64,000 nucleotides of DNA from Lachnospiraceae bacterium (GCA_963651875.1 CAVJSA010000001.1:26534-90533), one strand, 5' to 3'. Positions 27,711 to 36,817 are shown, numbered from the stretch's first letter. Translations and numbers: made by a program. The notes: generated by a model not told the origin, from the letters alone.

Positions 27711-29421
27711 TGAATCAGTTCCAGAAGATTTTGAAGGAACAGAAAGACTCGATAAATATATTGCCAGCATTCCAAACGGAATGAACCGCTCAAAATTAAA
27801 GACGGGCGTTGCAGAAATCCTCGTAAATGGAAAAGAAGCAAAGCTGAATACAAAAGTAAAGGCAAAAGATAAGATTTTTCTTCAATGGGAAGATAAAATT
27901 CCAGATGATATTGAACCACAAAATATTCCGTTGAATATTATTTATGAAGATGAAAATGTTACTGTCGTAAATAAAGCTCAGGGAATGGTTACACATCCGG
28001 CGGCAGGCAACTGGGATTCAACTCTTGTAAATGCTCTTTTGTTCCATTGGGGAAGAAAGGCAGTTCCTCAGCAAAAAGAGGGTAGCACTGTAAAAACAAT
28101 CGAAGGTCGCCGGCCGGGAATTGTTCACAGACTTGATAAAGACACTTCTGGCGTAATAATTACGGCAAAAAACCGGGAAACAGAAGAATTTTTAGGAAAT
28201 CAATTTAAAAATCACAGGGCGCTTTCAAAAATTTATATCTGCATCTGTCAGGGACATCCGCCTGTAAGACAGGGAATTATAAAAACAAAACTTACCCGTG
28301 ATCCATACGACAGAAAAAAATTTAAGGCTGTAGACTTAGAAAGCAACGGAAAAATTGCAATAACAAAGTTCAAATGCATTGCCTGCTATGGACCTTACAG
28401 TTTAATGAAAGTAAAAATCTATACAGGCCGAACTCACCAGATCCGCGTTCATTTAAAATTTATCGGCTGCCCGATTCTTGGAGACAAAGTATATTCAAAG
28501 TCAAAAAGTTCAATTTTTGAAAAAGCAGGCTTAATGCTTCATGCCTATAAGTTAAAAATCCGCATTCCAGGGCAAACAGAAAGATCTGTTTTTAAGGCAG
28601 AAGTTCCTTTGCGTTTTAAAAAAGTAATAAAAAAACTGCATTCCTCGTTTGAAAAATCTCTTCCACCTCAAAATCTTTCGATAAAGCTTCCTGTCGAAAA
28701 AACTACGATTGAAGGGGAACAGCCTCTTTTTCTGGCAAAAAAAAGGTTATGGACAATGGCAAAAATAAAAATTCTACAAGGAGAAGGTTTTCTTCATCCG
28801 TTTCTTGTTGTTTATAAACCGTCAGGACTTGCCAGCGCACCACTTTTTGAAGGAGAAGAAAGCGCCTTAACGCAGGCAATTGAACAGTTTCCGCAAATAA
28901 AAAACGTTGTCGGAAAAAAGAAAATTGAATACGGCCTTATACACAGAATTGACACTGCAACTTCTGGGCTTTTGCTGATTGCAACAACCCAGGATTTTTA
29001 CGATTTTTTACAAAATGAACAAAAAAAAGGGAATTTTATAAAGCATTACAGGGCATTAGTTGAATACGAAGGAGAGAAAATTCAAAAAGAGTTTAGGATT
29101 ACTTCAAAATTCCGCTCGTATGGACCAGGCGGAAAACTTGTAAAGCCGGTTTTTGAAAATGCCTCGACTGCGGACAAAAAAAAAGCTGGAGACAAAATAT
29201 ATTCAACTTTTGTAAAAATTGAAGGCAAAAAAGCATTTTGTTCAATTACGGAAGGATACAGGCATCAGGTAAGGGCGCATTTGTCTTATTCAGGATTTCC
29301 GATAAAAGGGGACTTTTTATATAATAAAAACTATAAAGAGGGCGAATCGTTAGAATTTGAAGCTTTTAAAATTGAATTTAAGAATCCTTTAACTAATAAA
29401 AACGAAACTTACGAGATTTAA
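27697..29421 (+). CDS. rluD: RluD-like pseudouridine synthase fused to a second RluA-family domain
   Basis: Domain 1: RLDKY, VNKAQGMVTHP, RPGIVHRLDKDTSG, TGRTHQIR. Domain 2: YKPSG, IHRIDTATSG, GYRHQVR. Confidence 0.8.
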   Translation: MQFFNESVPEDFEGTERLDKYIASIPNGMNRSKLKTGVAEILVNGKEAKLNTKVKAKDKIFLQWEDKIPDDIEPQNIPLNIIYEDENVTVVNKAQGMVTHPAAGNWDSTLVNALLFHWGRKAVPQQKEGSTVKTIEGRRPGIVHRLDKDTSGVIITAKNRETEEFLGNQFKNHRALSKIYICICQGHPPVRQGIIKTKLTRDPYDRKKFKAVDLESNGKIAITKFKCIACYGPYSLMKVKIYTGRTHQIRVHLKFIGCPILGDKVYSKSKSSIFEKAGLMLHAYKLKIRIPGQTERSVFKAEVPLRFKKVIKKLHSSFEKSLPPQNLSIKLPVEKTTIEGEQPLFLAKKRLWTMAKIKILQGEGFLHPFLVVYKPSGLASAPLFEGEESALTQAIEQFPQIKNVVGKKKIEYGLIHRIDTATSGLLLIATTQDFYDFLQNEQKKGNFIKHYRALVEYEGEKIQKEFRITSKFRSYGPGGKLVKPVFENASTADKKKAGDKIYSTFVKIEGKKAFCSITEGYRHQVRAHLSYSGFPIKGDFLYNKNYKEGESLEFEAFKIEFKNPLTNKNETYEI

Positions 29422-29460
29422 TAAAGTCCCCAGCTTGAGCAGGGAACCTCTTTACACAAT

Positions 29461-29569
29461 AGATTGTCGGGTCTAACCCGACAATGACAACCTCACAAGA
29501 GATTGTCGGGTCAAGATGAGACAATGACAAGCATACTAGAGATTGTCGGGCTTGACCCGACAATGACAA
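29461..29569. repeat. three tandem REP-like palindromic units
   Basis: AGATTGTCGGG-N5-CCCGACAATGACAA at ~29461, ~29499 (degenerate arm) and ~29539, between convergent genes. Confidence 0.85.
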
Positions 29570-29573
29570 GCAA

Positions 29574-30686
29574 TTAGAAAACAGATTTATAAATTTCTAA
29601 AACCTGGTCGGCATTAAACTGAATATAACCGTTTTGTGTCAGGCGGGTTTGGGCTTCGACTGTATTTTTTGTAAATACAGGAAGTTCTTCTTCTTTTACT
29701 CCATATTCACTCATTGGTTTTAGTGGCAAAACTGAATTAAGAACCTTATCGAGTTCTTCGTAAACTGCCTCTTCTGAACAGTTCATAATTTGTGCAAGTT
29801 TTTTATTGAGAGAAGCTATAAAACCTTTTGAATTTAGTTTCTGATATGTTTTAAAAACTGCCATAAAAAGAACGTAGTTTGCTTCGCCGTGTGGAACGTG
29901 GTAAGTTGCACCAAAAGAATAACTCATTGCATGAACATAGCCAGTTCCTGCATTACCGAATGCAATGCCAGCGTAGTTTGAACCGGCAAGAAAATCTGTC
30001 AGAAGATTTTTGTATTCAGCCTGACCTTTTTCCTGCATTTTTATATAACCGCCGAGAATAAGTTCAATCGCCATAAAGCTGAATTTTCTTGAAAGTGTAG
30101 TTGCCTTTGGCGAAAGATAACTTTCCATTGCATGCACGAGAGCGTCTATTGAACTTGTTGCAAAGAATTTATAAGGAAGGTCGGTTAAAAGTTCCGGGAT
30201 TAAAACAGCAAAATCAGGGTAGAGCGGGTCAACAGCAAGGCCAAGTTTTGTATGTCTTACAGTAAGTTCCAGAATTGAAATATTTGTAACTTCGCTTCCT
30301 GTGCCGCATGTTGTAGGAACAATTACAAGACCTTTATCGCGTACTGCAGGAATTTTTTTATCGTAAAGATCTACTACCGGGTGGAATGTTTTTAAGGCAA
30401 GGAGTTTTGCAACGTCAAGAATTGTTCCTCCGCCAATTGCAATTACGCGTTTGTAAGGAATATCTTTTATATCTTCGTAGATTTTTTCAACCATAACATC
30501 GGTTGGCTCTCCGCTGCCATAATCGCCACGGTAAATAACGTGTGCGCCGTTGAGTTTTCCTTCAAAATATTTTTCTGATGATTTACTTAAAAAAACAAGA
30601 TCGTCTTTTCCGATTTCAAATTCAAGGCAAAAATCCTGTGTATTTGAATATTCTACGACCTGTGGAACTAATTTAAATGTTTTCAT
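29574..30686 (-). CDS. iron-containing alcohol dehydrogenase, probable 4-hydroxybutyrate dehydrogenase
   Basis: GGGTILDVAK, PTTCGTGSE, DALVHAMES, HAMSY, HGEAN; lies downstream of gabT. Confidence 0.8.
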   Translation of the reverse strand: MKTFKLVPQVVEYSNTQDFCLEFEIGKDDLVFLSKSSEKYFEGKLNGAHVIYRGDYGSGEPTDVMVEKIYEDIKDIPYKRVIAIGGGTILDVAKLLALKTFHPVVDLYDKKIPAVRDKGLVIVPTTCGTGSEVTNISILELTVRHTKLGLAVDPLYPDFAVLIPELLTDLPYKFFATSSIDALVHAMESYLSPKATTLSRKFSFMAIELILGGYIKMQEKGQAEYKNLLTDFLAGSNYAGIAFGNAGTGYVHAMSYSFGATYHVPHGEANYVLFMAVFKTYQKLNSKGFIASLNKKLAQIMNCSEEAVYEELDKVLNSVLPLKPMSEYGVKEEELPVFTKNTVEAQTRLTQNGYIQFNADQVLEIYKSVF

Positions 30687-30751
30687 AAAAAGCCTCTAAA
30701 TTGAATTTTTTAGAATTTAACCTGGTAATTATAACACTCAATTGTAAAAAT

Positions 30752-30860
30752 TTAACGCGCAAAGGATAGGAAGGACGCGCAAAGCGCGGTGCACAGCACC
30801 GAAGGCGAAAGCCGTAGTCCTGGATAGCCTGGTCTGCTGCAAGGCAGCAGATGCGCCCAA
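30752..30860. repeat. GC-rich multi-hairpin intergenic element related to 11271-11390
   Basis: TTAACGC..AAGGAT.G.AG.G ... CCGAAGGCG ... AGCCTG ... CGCCC blocks shared with the 11.3-kb element; hairpins CGCGC-AAA-GCGCG and TCTGCTGC-AAG-GCAGCAGA. Confidence 0.55.
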
Positions 30861-30864
30861 ATTA

Positions 30865-30903
30865 CAAAAAAAAAGCCTCCTGCCACATTTTTTAGCAGGA
30901 GAC
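30865..30903 (-). terminator. probable terminator after gabT
   Basis: CTCCTGC...GCAGGAG stem with a T9 tract on the minus strand. Confidence 0.5.
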
Positions 30904-30914
30904 CATTTTTTAGT

Positions 30915-32270
30915 TTATTTTGAACATTCTTTTATTGCGTCTTCGTAAATTTTAAGACCGGCTTCGAGCTGAGCGTCTGTCATTACAAGAGGAGCAAGGA
31001 AGCGGATTACATTGTTGTAAGTTCCGGCATTTTCCATTAAAAGTCCGTGATGTGCTGCATACTGAATAATGTCAGAAACCAGTTTTGCATTTGGGGCCTT
31101 TGATTTTTTATCAGTTACAAATTCAACACCAATCATTGCACCAAGCCCACGAACGTCGCCGACACATTCATACTTTTCTTTCCATTCGTTGAATGTTTTT
31201 GTAATTTTTGCGCCAATTTCGTTTGCACGTGCAAGAAGATTTTCTTTGTCGATTACTTCGAGAACTTTTAAACCAGCAGCGCAGGCGAGGGCATTTCCGC
31301 CATAAGTTCCACCGATTACACCGCCTGGAACACTGTCGAAAATTTCATCTCTTGCGATGATTGCTGCAAGAGGAACGCCACCTGCAATTGATTTTGCAGT
31401 TGCAATAATATCTGGAGCACAACCAGCTTCTTTCCAGTATTCGCTTGCAAAAAGTTTTCCTGAACGGCCAAATCCAGACTGAACTTCGTCTGCTACAAGC
31501 ATGATTCCGTTTTCGTCACAGATTTTTCTTACGGCTTTTACGTATTCAATTGGAGCTGGAATAAAACCACCTTCGCCCTGAATTGGTTCAATTACGATTG
31601 CTGCAATTGTATCTGCGGCTGCACATTCTTCAAAAACAGAAGTCAACTTTGAAACATAATAGTCAATTGCCTTGTCGTCCGGCATTCCTTCCGGCTTTCT
31701 GTAAAGATATGGGAATTCTGCGCGATAGATTCCACCTGGCAAAGTTCCCTGACCGGCAGCATAAGCCTTTTTTGATGTCATTGCCATTGTAAGGAGGGTT
31801 CTTCCGTGGAATGCACCGCTCATTACGATAATATTTGATCTTTTTGTAAATGCCTTTGCAATTTTTACTGCGTTTTCGTCTGCTTCTGCACCAGAATTGG
31901 CAAACATTACTTTATTGTGGCTTCCTTTTACAGGAACACGAGGACCGAGTTTTTCTGCAAGTTCAACGTAACCTTCGTGAGTTACAATATTGAACATTCC
32001 ATGAAAATATTTTTCTGCCTGAGCTTTTACGGCTTCGACCAAAGCAGGATGTGCGTGTCCAACATTTAAAACGCCAACACCGCCAACCCAGTCAAGGAAA
32101 ATGTTACCATCAGGATCCTGAATCATTGCGCCTGCAGCTTTTTCAATTACACAAGGATAAATACAACGGATTGCTTTAGGAACTACAGCCTCGCGGCGAG
32201 CAATAATAGCCGCAGATTTTGGACCAGGAACGCTACCGTTAATTTTAGGAAGTTCATCTTTTAATGCCAT
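30915..32270 (-). CDS. gabT: 4-aminobutyrate aminotransferase (class III PLP)
   Basis: NSGAEADENAVKIA, FHGRT, EPIQGEGGF, DEVQSGFGRSG, AKSIAGG, GGTYGGN. Confidence 0.88.
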   Translation of the reverse strand: MALKDELPKINGSVPGPKSAAIIARREAVVPKAIRCIYPCVIEKAAGAMIQDPDGNIFLDWVGGVGVLNVGHAHPALVEAVKAQAEKYFHGMFNIVTHEGYVELAEKLGPRVPVKGSHNKVMFANSGAEADENAVKIAKAFTKRSNIIVMSGAFHGRTLLTMAMTSKKAYAAGQGTLPGGIYRAEFPYLYRKPEGMPDDKAIDYYVSKLTSVFEECAAADTIAAIVIEPIQGEGGFIPAPIEYVKAVRKICDENGIMLVADEVQSGFGRSGKLFASEYWKEAGCAPDIIATAKSIAGGVPLAAIIARDEIFDSVPGGVIGGTYGGNALACAAGLKVLEVIDKENLLARANEIGAKITKTFNEWKEKYECVGDVRGLGAMIGVEFVTDKKSKAPNAKLVSDIIQYAAHHGLLMENAGTYNNVIRFLAPLVMTDAQLEAGLKIYEDAIKECSK

Positions 32271-32287
32271 AATTTTTTCCTCCAGAC

Positions 32288-32366
32288 AAAAAAAAAGGCG
32301 ACGGATACATAAATCCGTCGCCTTTGACTAATTCTTTATAAGCTTTTTTATACGAAGAATATAGCA
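32288..32366 (-). promoter_or_regulatory. gabT leader: extended -10, two small hairpins and an intrinsic terminator before the RBS (ANTAR-like attenuator)
   Basis: Minus strand reads TGcTATATT, TATAA-AAAAGC-TTATA, then GTC-AAAGGC-GAC overlapping AAAGGCGACGGAT..ATCCGTCGCC-T9, then GGAGG and the ATG. Confidence 0.6.
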
Positions 32367-32535
32367 CCGTAATTAAAATTCAAAAATAGCATAATGCACA
32401 AAATTTTAAAATATTTTTAGTTATTTTAAACAAATATTTTTTTTTGTAAGGAGAATAAAAGTTGTTTTTGAAAAAGAACTAGCGACAGTCAGTGTCGCTG
32501 AAGTTTAGTATAAAGAAGAAAGGATAGAGAAAAAA

Positions 32536-32845
32536 ATGCAACTTGGCTGGGTAGATTTTTCTGATAATGATAGAAAAAAAGAGCTGGAAAGTAATTAACC
32601 TTTTAAGAGAAAAAGGTGCAGTAGATGAATTATGTTTTGGAATAATCAGAGACGGGTTTGCTGATTATTTTTTCCCCGGAACCTCAACCGTTCAAACCAG
32701 GGCAAAATATTATCTGCTGGTTCCATATATTTTAAAAGAGACCGTAAAACAGGAAAAACCAGAACGTTATCTTGAAGCAACAGAAAAAGAAGTTGCAGTA
32801 GAAATGTTTAATAAAAAAATGAAAGACGGTCTAGTCGGAGAATAA
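32536..32845 (+). pseudogene. frameshifted, truncated DUF6361-like gene
   Basis: MQLGWVDFSD from ATG 32536 stops after 20 codons. GAVDEL..IRDGFADYFFPGTSTVQTRAKY continues in another frame and ends 8 bp before the dif-like site. Confidence 0.6.
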
Positions 32846-32853
32846 AACAAAAT

Positions 32854-32881
32854 ACTCATCATAATGCATATTATGTTGAAT
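32854..32881 (+). other. dif-like XerC/D recombination site, probable attL of the element
   Basis: ACTCATCATAA-TGCATA-TTATGTTGAAT has an 11-6-11 layout; the right arm is 1 mismatch from the XerD arm TTATGTTAAAT. Confidence 0.8.
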
Positions 32882-32978
32882 TTAAGTAGAAATACGCATT
32901 CACAGTTCGGATATGCACTTCTTTTATTGTCTGAAGAAAACAATATTATCTAAACTAAAAAAAAGCAAGAGCAATTTT

Positions 32979-33641
32979 TTATTTTTTGAAAAAATTATTT
33001 TTGATAAAATTGTTCTCAGTGATTTTGTTTAATGAAGTTTTTTCAAGTTGCGATATTGAAATCGCTTTTTTTATAATTTCTTTTCGTTCATAGTAGCTGC
33101 CGTTGATATGTCCCCAAAAGCGACCGACACGTGTCGGTTCAAAATTAAAGGACAGGCAAAAGTCATAAAAAATATCTGAAAGATTTTCTTTTTCAATTTT
33201 TGTAATTGTAATTTTTGTTGATGAAAGTTTTTTCCAGATATAATTACAAATGAACAGAGTTTGTTTATCGGTGTAGTTAAGTTTTAAATTTGAAATTATT
33301 TCAATCTGAACTTTTCCTTCAACGATATTTTTTTTCCAGATAAAAAGCGGTATTTTAATTTTAGAATTTCGCCATTTTTCATTGGAAAGGGAACGACAGA
33401 ATGATTTTACTTTTTTAAAAAATTCATTCTGATTTTCTAGTTCAACTGCCTCAAAGAGAATAGTATATTTGGGACTGAACGATACTAAAGAATCAACATA
33501 AAAACATAATCTTTTTATGCTTGAGCGTGAAAGTTTTTTAATTTTTCCTCGTTTGTTGTTTTTTAGGTTTTCCGAATAACCTCCGCCAGTACAAATTTCA
33601 ACAAAATGTTTTGTTGTTAAGTAATAAGAATTTTTTTTCAT
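32979..33641 (-). CDS. degenerate rolling-circle Rep-like protein
   Basis: RGKIKKLSRSSIKRL, FIWKK and GRFWG recall RCR initiators. No HUH or catalytic YxxK seen. AAGGAG RBS. Confidence 0.45.
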   Translation of the reverse strand: MKKNSYYLTTKHFVEICTGGGYSENLKNNKRGKIKKLSRSSIKRLCFYVDSLVSFSPKYTILFEAVELENQNEFFKKVKSFCRSLSNEKWRNSKIKIPLFIWKKNIVEGKVQIEIISNLKLNYTDKQTLFICNYIWKKLSSTKITITKIEKENLSDIFYDFCLSFNFEPTRVGRFWGHINGSYYERKEIIKKAISISQLEKTSLNKITENNFIKNNFFKK

Positions 33642-33694
33642 TTTCTTAAATCTCCTTTAAGAAAATGATTTTTAATAAAGAGATTTTATACGAT

Positions 33695-34582
33695 ATGAAT
33701 TTGCAAAATATTTTTGACACTCATTTTCTTGTAACTCGCTATCTTTGTCCTAATACAAGGCTTACGTATTCTGCTTATGTAAAACGCTTTTTGAATTTTT
33801 TAGAAATTCGCCAGATTGAAATTCAAGCTGTAGATATAAAAGTTCTTATTACTTTTTTTACGACACTGCCAAAAAGTATTAGTTCTAATAGACTTATGAT
33901 TTCTGCATTAAGAAAATTTGGAGAAGTTCTTGTCTTTGAAAAAATTATTTCTGAAAATATTTTTTTGATTTTAGATTTACCAAGACGTGAAAAAACTTTG
34001 GCACGTGTTTATGAAGAAGATGAAGTTAATGCTTTTTTAGATTGTATTGACGATTCAACAATTATTGGTAAGCGTGATAAAGCATTATTTGAATTGATTT
34101 ATTCAGCAGGTCTAAGGGCAAGTGAAGCTGGAGATGTAGAAACGGCAAGCCTGCATCTTTATGATAAATTCTTATTTGTTACAGGCAAAGGAAGAAAAGA
34201 AAGAATGGTTTGTTTTGGTGATATTTGCCGTAATTATTTAGAAGAATATCTGGATTATAGCCGACCATTTTTATTAAAAAATAAAAACTCTAAATATCTT
34301 TTTGTAAGTACACAACAAAATAAATTAAATCGAAATGAAATATGGTATAGATTTAAAAAATACCGAGAAAAGGTAGGTTTGCGCTACGGCACAGTCCATA
34401 CTTTAAGGCATAGTTTTGCAACACATCTTTACAAGCACGGAATGGGATTAGAAAACATAAGTCTTTTGTTAGGACACGAAAATTTAGAAACAACCTGCAT
34501 TTATACCCATTTAGACGGTTCGTATTTAAGAGAAGTTCATAGAAAGTATTTCCCAGGGCGTCCATTAGATGAAGATGAGTAA
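33695..34582 (+). CDS. XerC/XerD-like tyrosine recombinase
   Basis: RDKALFELIYSAGLRASE, GKGRKER, HTLRHSFATH, LLGH, TTCIYTH. Start may instead be 33665. Confidence 0.92.
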   Translation: MNLQNIFDTHFLVTRYLCPNTRLTYSAYVKRFLNFLEIRQIEIQAVDIKVLITFFTTLPKSISSNRLMISALRKFGEVLVFEKIISENIFLILDLPRREKTLARVYEEDEVNAFLDCIDDSTIIGKRDKALFELIYSAGLRASEAGDVETASLHLYDKFLFVTGKGRKERMVCFGDICRNYLEEYLDYSRPFLLKNKNSKYLFVSTQQNKLNRNEIWYRFKKYREKVGLRYGTVHTLRHSFATHLYKHGMGLENISLLLGHENLETTCIYTHLDGSYLREVHRKYFPGRPLDEDE

Positions 34583-34617
34583 GTTTTCGACCGACACGTG
34601 TCGGTCAAAAGAAAATG

Positions 34618-36699
34618 TTATTTATTCTCGAAGATTCTTGCAAGACGATAATTTGAATCCAGTATAAAACGGCATTCGTAAGTTTTACCTTCTTTACTGG
34701 TACATTTTTTTATTCCTGTTTTTTTACCTGTACAAAGATTTTTTACATCGCTTTTTGTAAAACTTGTTCCGCTGGAATTTTTCCAGATTGACGGAAAGTT
34801 ACAACCTTCTTTATATCCACTACAGAAAAAATTTTTTGCAGATTCTCTAATCGGCTTTTGACAAATTGGACAAAGAGTATCATCTGTTTTTATAGCGGAA
34901 AGTTCGATATTAAATTTTTGAGATACTGAAGTTCTTACAAAGTTTTTAATGTCGCTTATAAACGCAACAGGATTATTCTGTAGTTCTTCTTCCCAGTCTG
35001 TTGTTTGCGAAATATCAGCAGTTTTTGCAATCGATGAATTTCTTACTGCACAGAGAAATTCTTTTCCTAATTGAGTACAGATAAAATTCTTTTTTAAAAC
35101 TTCTATATATCCTAATTTAATAAGTTTTGGAATAAATGTATGTCTTGTTGCAGGAGTTCCCAAGCCTGCAAGTTTTGAACCGACACGTGTCGGTTCACTT
35201 TCGTCTGAATCATCTGCGACCGACACGTGTCGGTCGTACTTTGGATTTTCCATAAAAGAAAGAATACTTGCTTCATTGTAATATTTTGGAGGCTTAGTCC
35301 ATTTTTCAACTGTTTGTATGTCTGTTAAAACTAAATTATTCCAGTCGATATTTGAAAATTCCTGCGTTTCTTCCTCAGAATCTTCCTTTTGAACCGACAC
35401 GTGTCGGTCGAACATTACCGGTAAAATTTTAGAAAAGTTTTTATTGTTCCAGCCATATTCTGTAATGTTTTTTCCTATAATTTTAAAAGTATTATTATCA
35501 ACATTAAGAATAACTGTTGTTTTTTGATATTTTTGAGCTGGAAGAAATGCTGTTAAAAAACGTTCGTATATTAGTTGATAGATTTTTTTCTGTTCAGCGC
35601 TTGCTTGTGCAGAAATCTTTTTTAATGGAATTAAAGCGTGGTGAGCTTCAAGTTTTGCATCATTGAAACATCTTTTATTACTTAGAGAAAAATCTTCTAA
35701 TTCTTTTAATTGATTTAATTCGGAATTTTCTGTACAGAACTGATTAAAAATATTTTGACAAAGTTCTGTGTTTTTACTTCCCATAACTCTACTTGGAGTT
35801 CTTGGATAAGAAACACATTTTAATTCTTCATACAGACTTTGAAGAATTTTTAGAGTTTTTGCAGCGTCAAATTCAAAATATTTAAAAGCATCTTTTTGAA
35901 GTTCATTCAAATTATACAGTTGTGGTGGCAGTGTTTCTTTGTTTTCTGTTTGAAAATCCTGTAATTTTGCTTGAGTTCCAATACAGGTTTTTAATGATAA
36001 CTCTAATGAACTGTCTTTGAATTTTGTTCCAGAAAGATTAAAAACAATACCTTTTACTTTTGTGTTTGAACCGACACGTGTCGGTTCAAAATATCCGTAA
36101 TGCTCATAATATTTTTCTGGAACAAAGTTTTTAATTAAATCACACCTTGTTTCAATGGCAGAAAGAATTGCTGTTTGAACTCTGCCGACTGACAATTTTC
36201 TGTTTGCAGCAGAAGAAACGTATCTTGAAAAATTCATACCAACAAGCCAGTCTGCCCTTTGTCTTGCAAATCCTTGAGAAGCAAGTTCATTGTAATTTGT
36301 TAAAGGTTGTGCATTTTGAATTCCAGTTTTTATAACCTCTGGAGTTAATGCTTGTGATACCCAGAATCTTTTTATTTTGGAAAAATCTTTAATACCAGCC
36401 ATAAAAAGACATTCACGAGCGATAATTTCACCTTCTCGGTCAGCGTCAGTTGCAATCAAAATATCTGAATTTGCATTTTCTTTTAGCAACTTAATAACAA
36501 GTTTTGTTTGCTCAACTGTTTTTGGATTGATAGTGTAATCAAATCGTTCTGGAATAATTGGAATTTCAGAGCCGTAATGTTTTGGTTCTTCCAGTTGAAA
36601 AAGATGTCCGATGCAGTAAGAAATTATTAAATTTGGCATTCCTTGCAAGGCATTTTTAAAGTCTTTTGCAACGCTAGGTTTTTCCGCAAGTATAAACAT
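34618..36699 (-). CDS. topB: type IA DNA topoisomerase III (mobile-element type)
   Basis: LAEKPSVA, ATDADREGE, SVGRVQT, SYPRT, AHHALIP, GLGTPATR, C-terminal CPICQ..CSGYKEGC. Confidence 0.92.
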   Translation of the reverse strand: MFILAEKPSVAKDFKNALQGMPNLIISYCIGHLFQLEEPKHYGSEIPIIPERFDYTINPKTVEQTKLVIKLLKENANSDILIATDADREGEIIARECLFMAGIKDFSKIKRFWVSQALTPEVIKTGIQNAQPLTNYNELASQGFARQRADWLVGMNFSRYVSSAANRKLSVGRVQTAILSAIETRCDLIKNFVPEKYYEHYGYFEPTRVGSNTKVKGIVFNLSGTKFKDSSLELSLKTCIGTQAKLQDFQTENKETLPPQLYNLNELQKDAFKYFEFDAAKTLKILQSLYEELKCVSYPRTPSRVMGSKNTELCQNIFNQFCTENSELNQLKELEDFSLSNKRCFNDAKLEAHHALIPLKKISAQASAEQKKIYQLIYERFLTAFLPAQKYQKTTVILNVDNNTFKIIGKNITEYGWNNKNFSKILPVMFDRHVSVQKEDSEEETQEFSNIDWNNLVLTDIQTVEKWTKPPKYYNEASILSFMENPKYDRHVSVADDSDESEPTRVGSKLAGLGTPATRHTFIPKLIKLGYIEVLKKNFICTQLGKEFLCAVRNSSIAKTADISQTTDWEEELQNNPVAFISDIKNFVRTSVSQKFNIELSAIKTDDTLCPICQKPIRESAKNFFCSGYKEGCNFPSIWKNSSGTSFTKSDVKNLCTGKKTGIKKCTSKEGKTYECRFILDSNYRLARIFENK

Positions 36700-36817
36700 T
36701 TTTACCCCTAAACTCGACCGACACGTGTCGGTCGAAACTCATAAAAGAATTTTAGAAAAATAATAAAAACAATGCAAATATAAAATAATAATAACTAAAC
36801 AAAAAAACGTAAAAAAA

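Noticed and set aside
29461..29569. REP-like triplet as a mini-CRISPR or as a relative of the ICE palindrome
   Set aside because: Spacers are only ~9-10 bp. It shares the hexamers TGTCGG/CCGACA but in the opposite order around a loop, so the resemblance is probably coincidental.
1665..31792. Many short ORFs nested in or antisense to long host genes (e.g. within metG, gabT, rsmA)
   Set aside because: They overlap well-supported genes in other frames and lack motifs.
32481..32499. AGCGACA-GTCAG-TGTCGCT hairpin resembling the ICE palindrome
   Set aside because: Different centre and arms, single copy, outside the element boundary.
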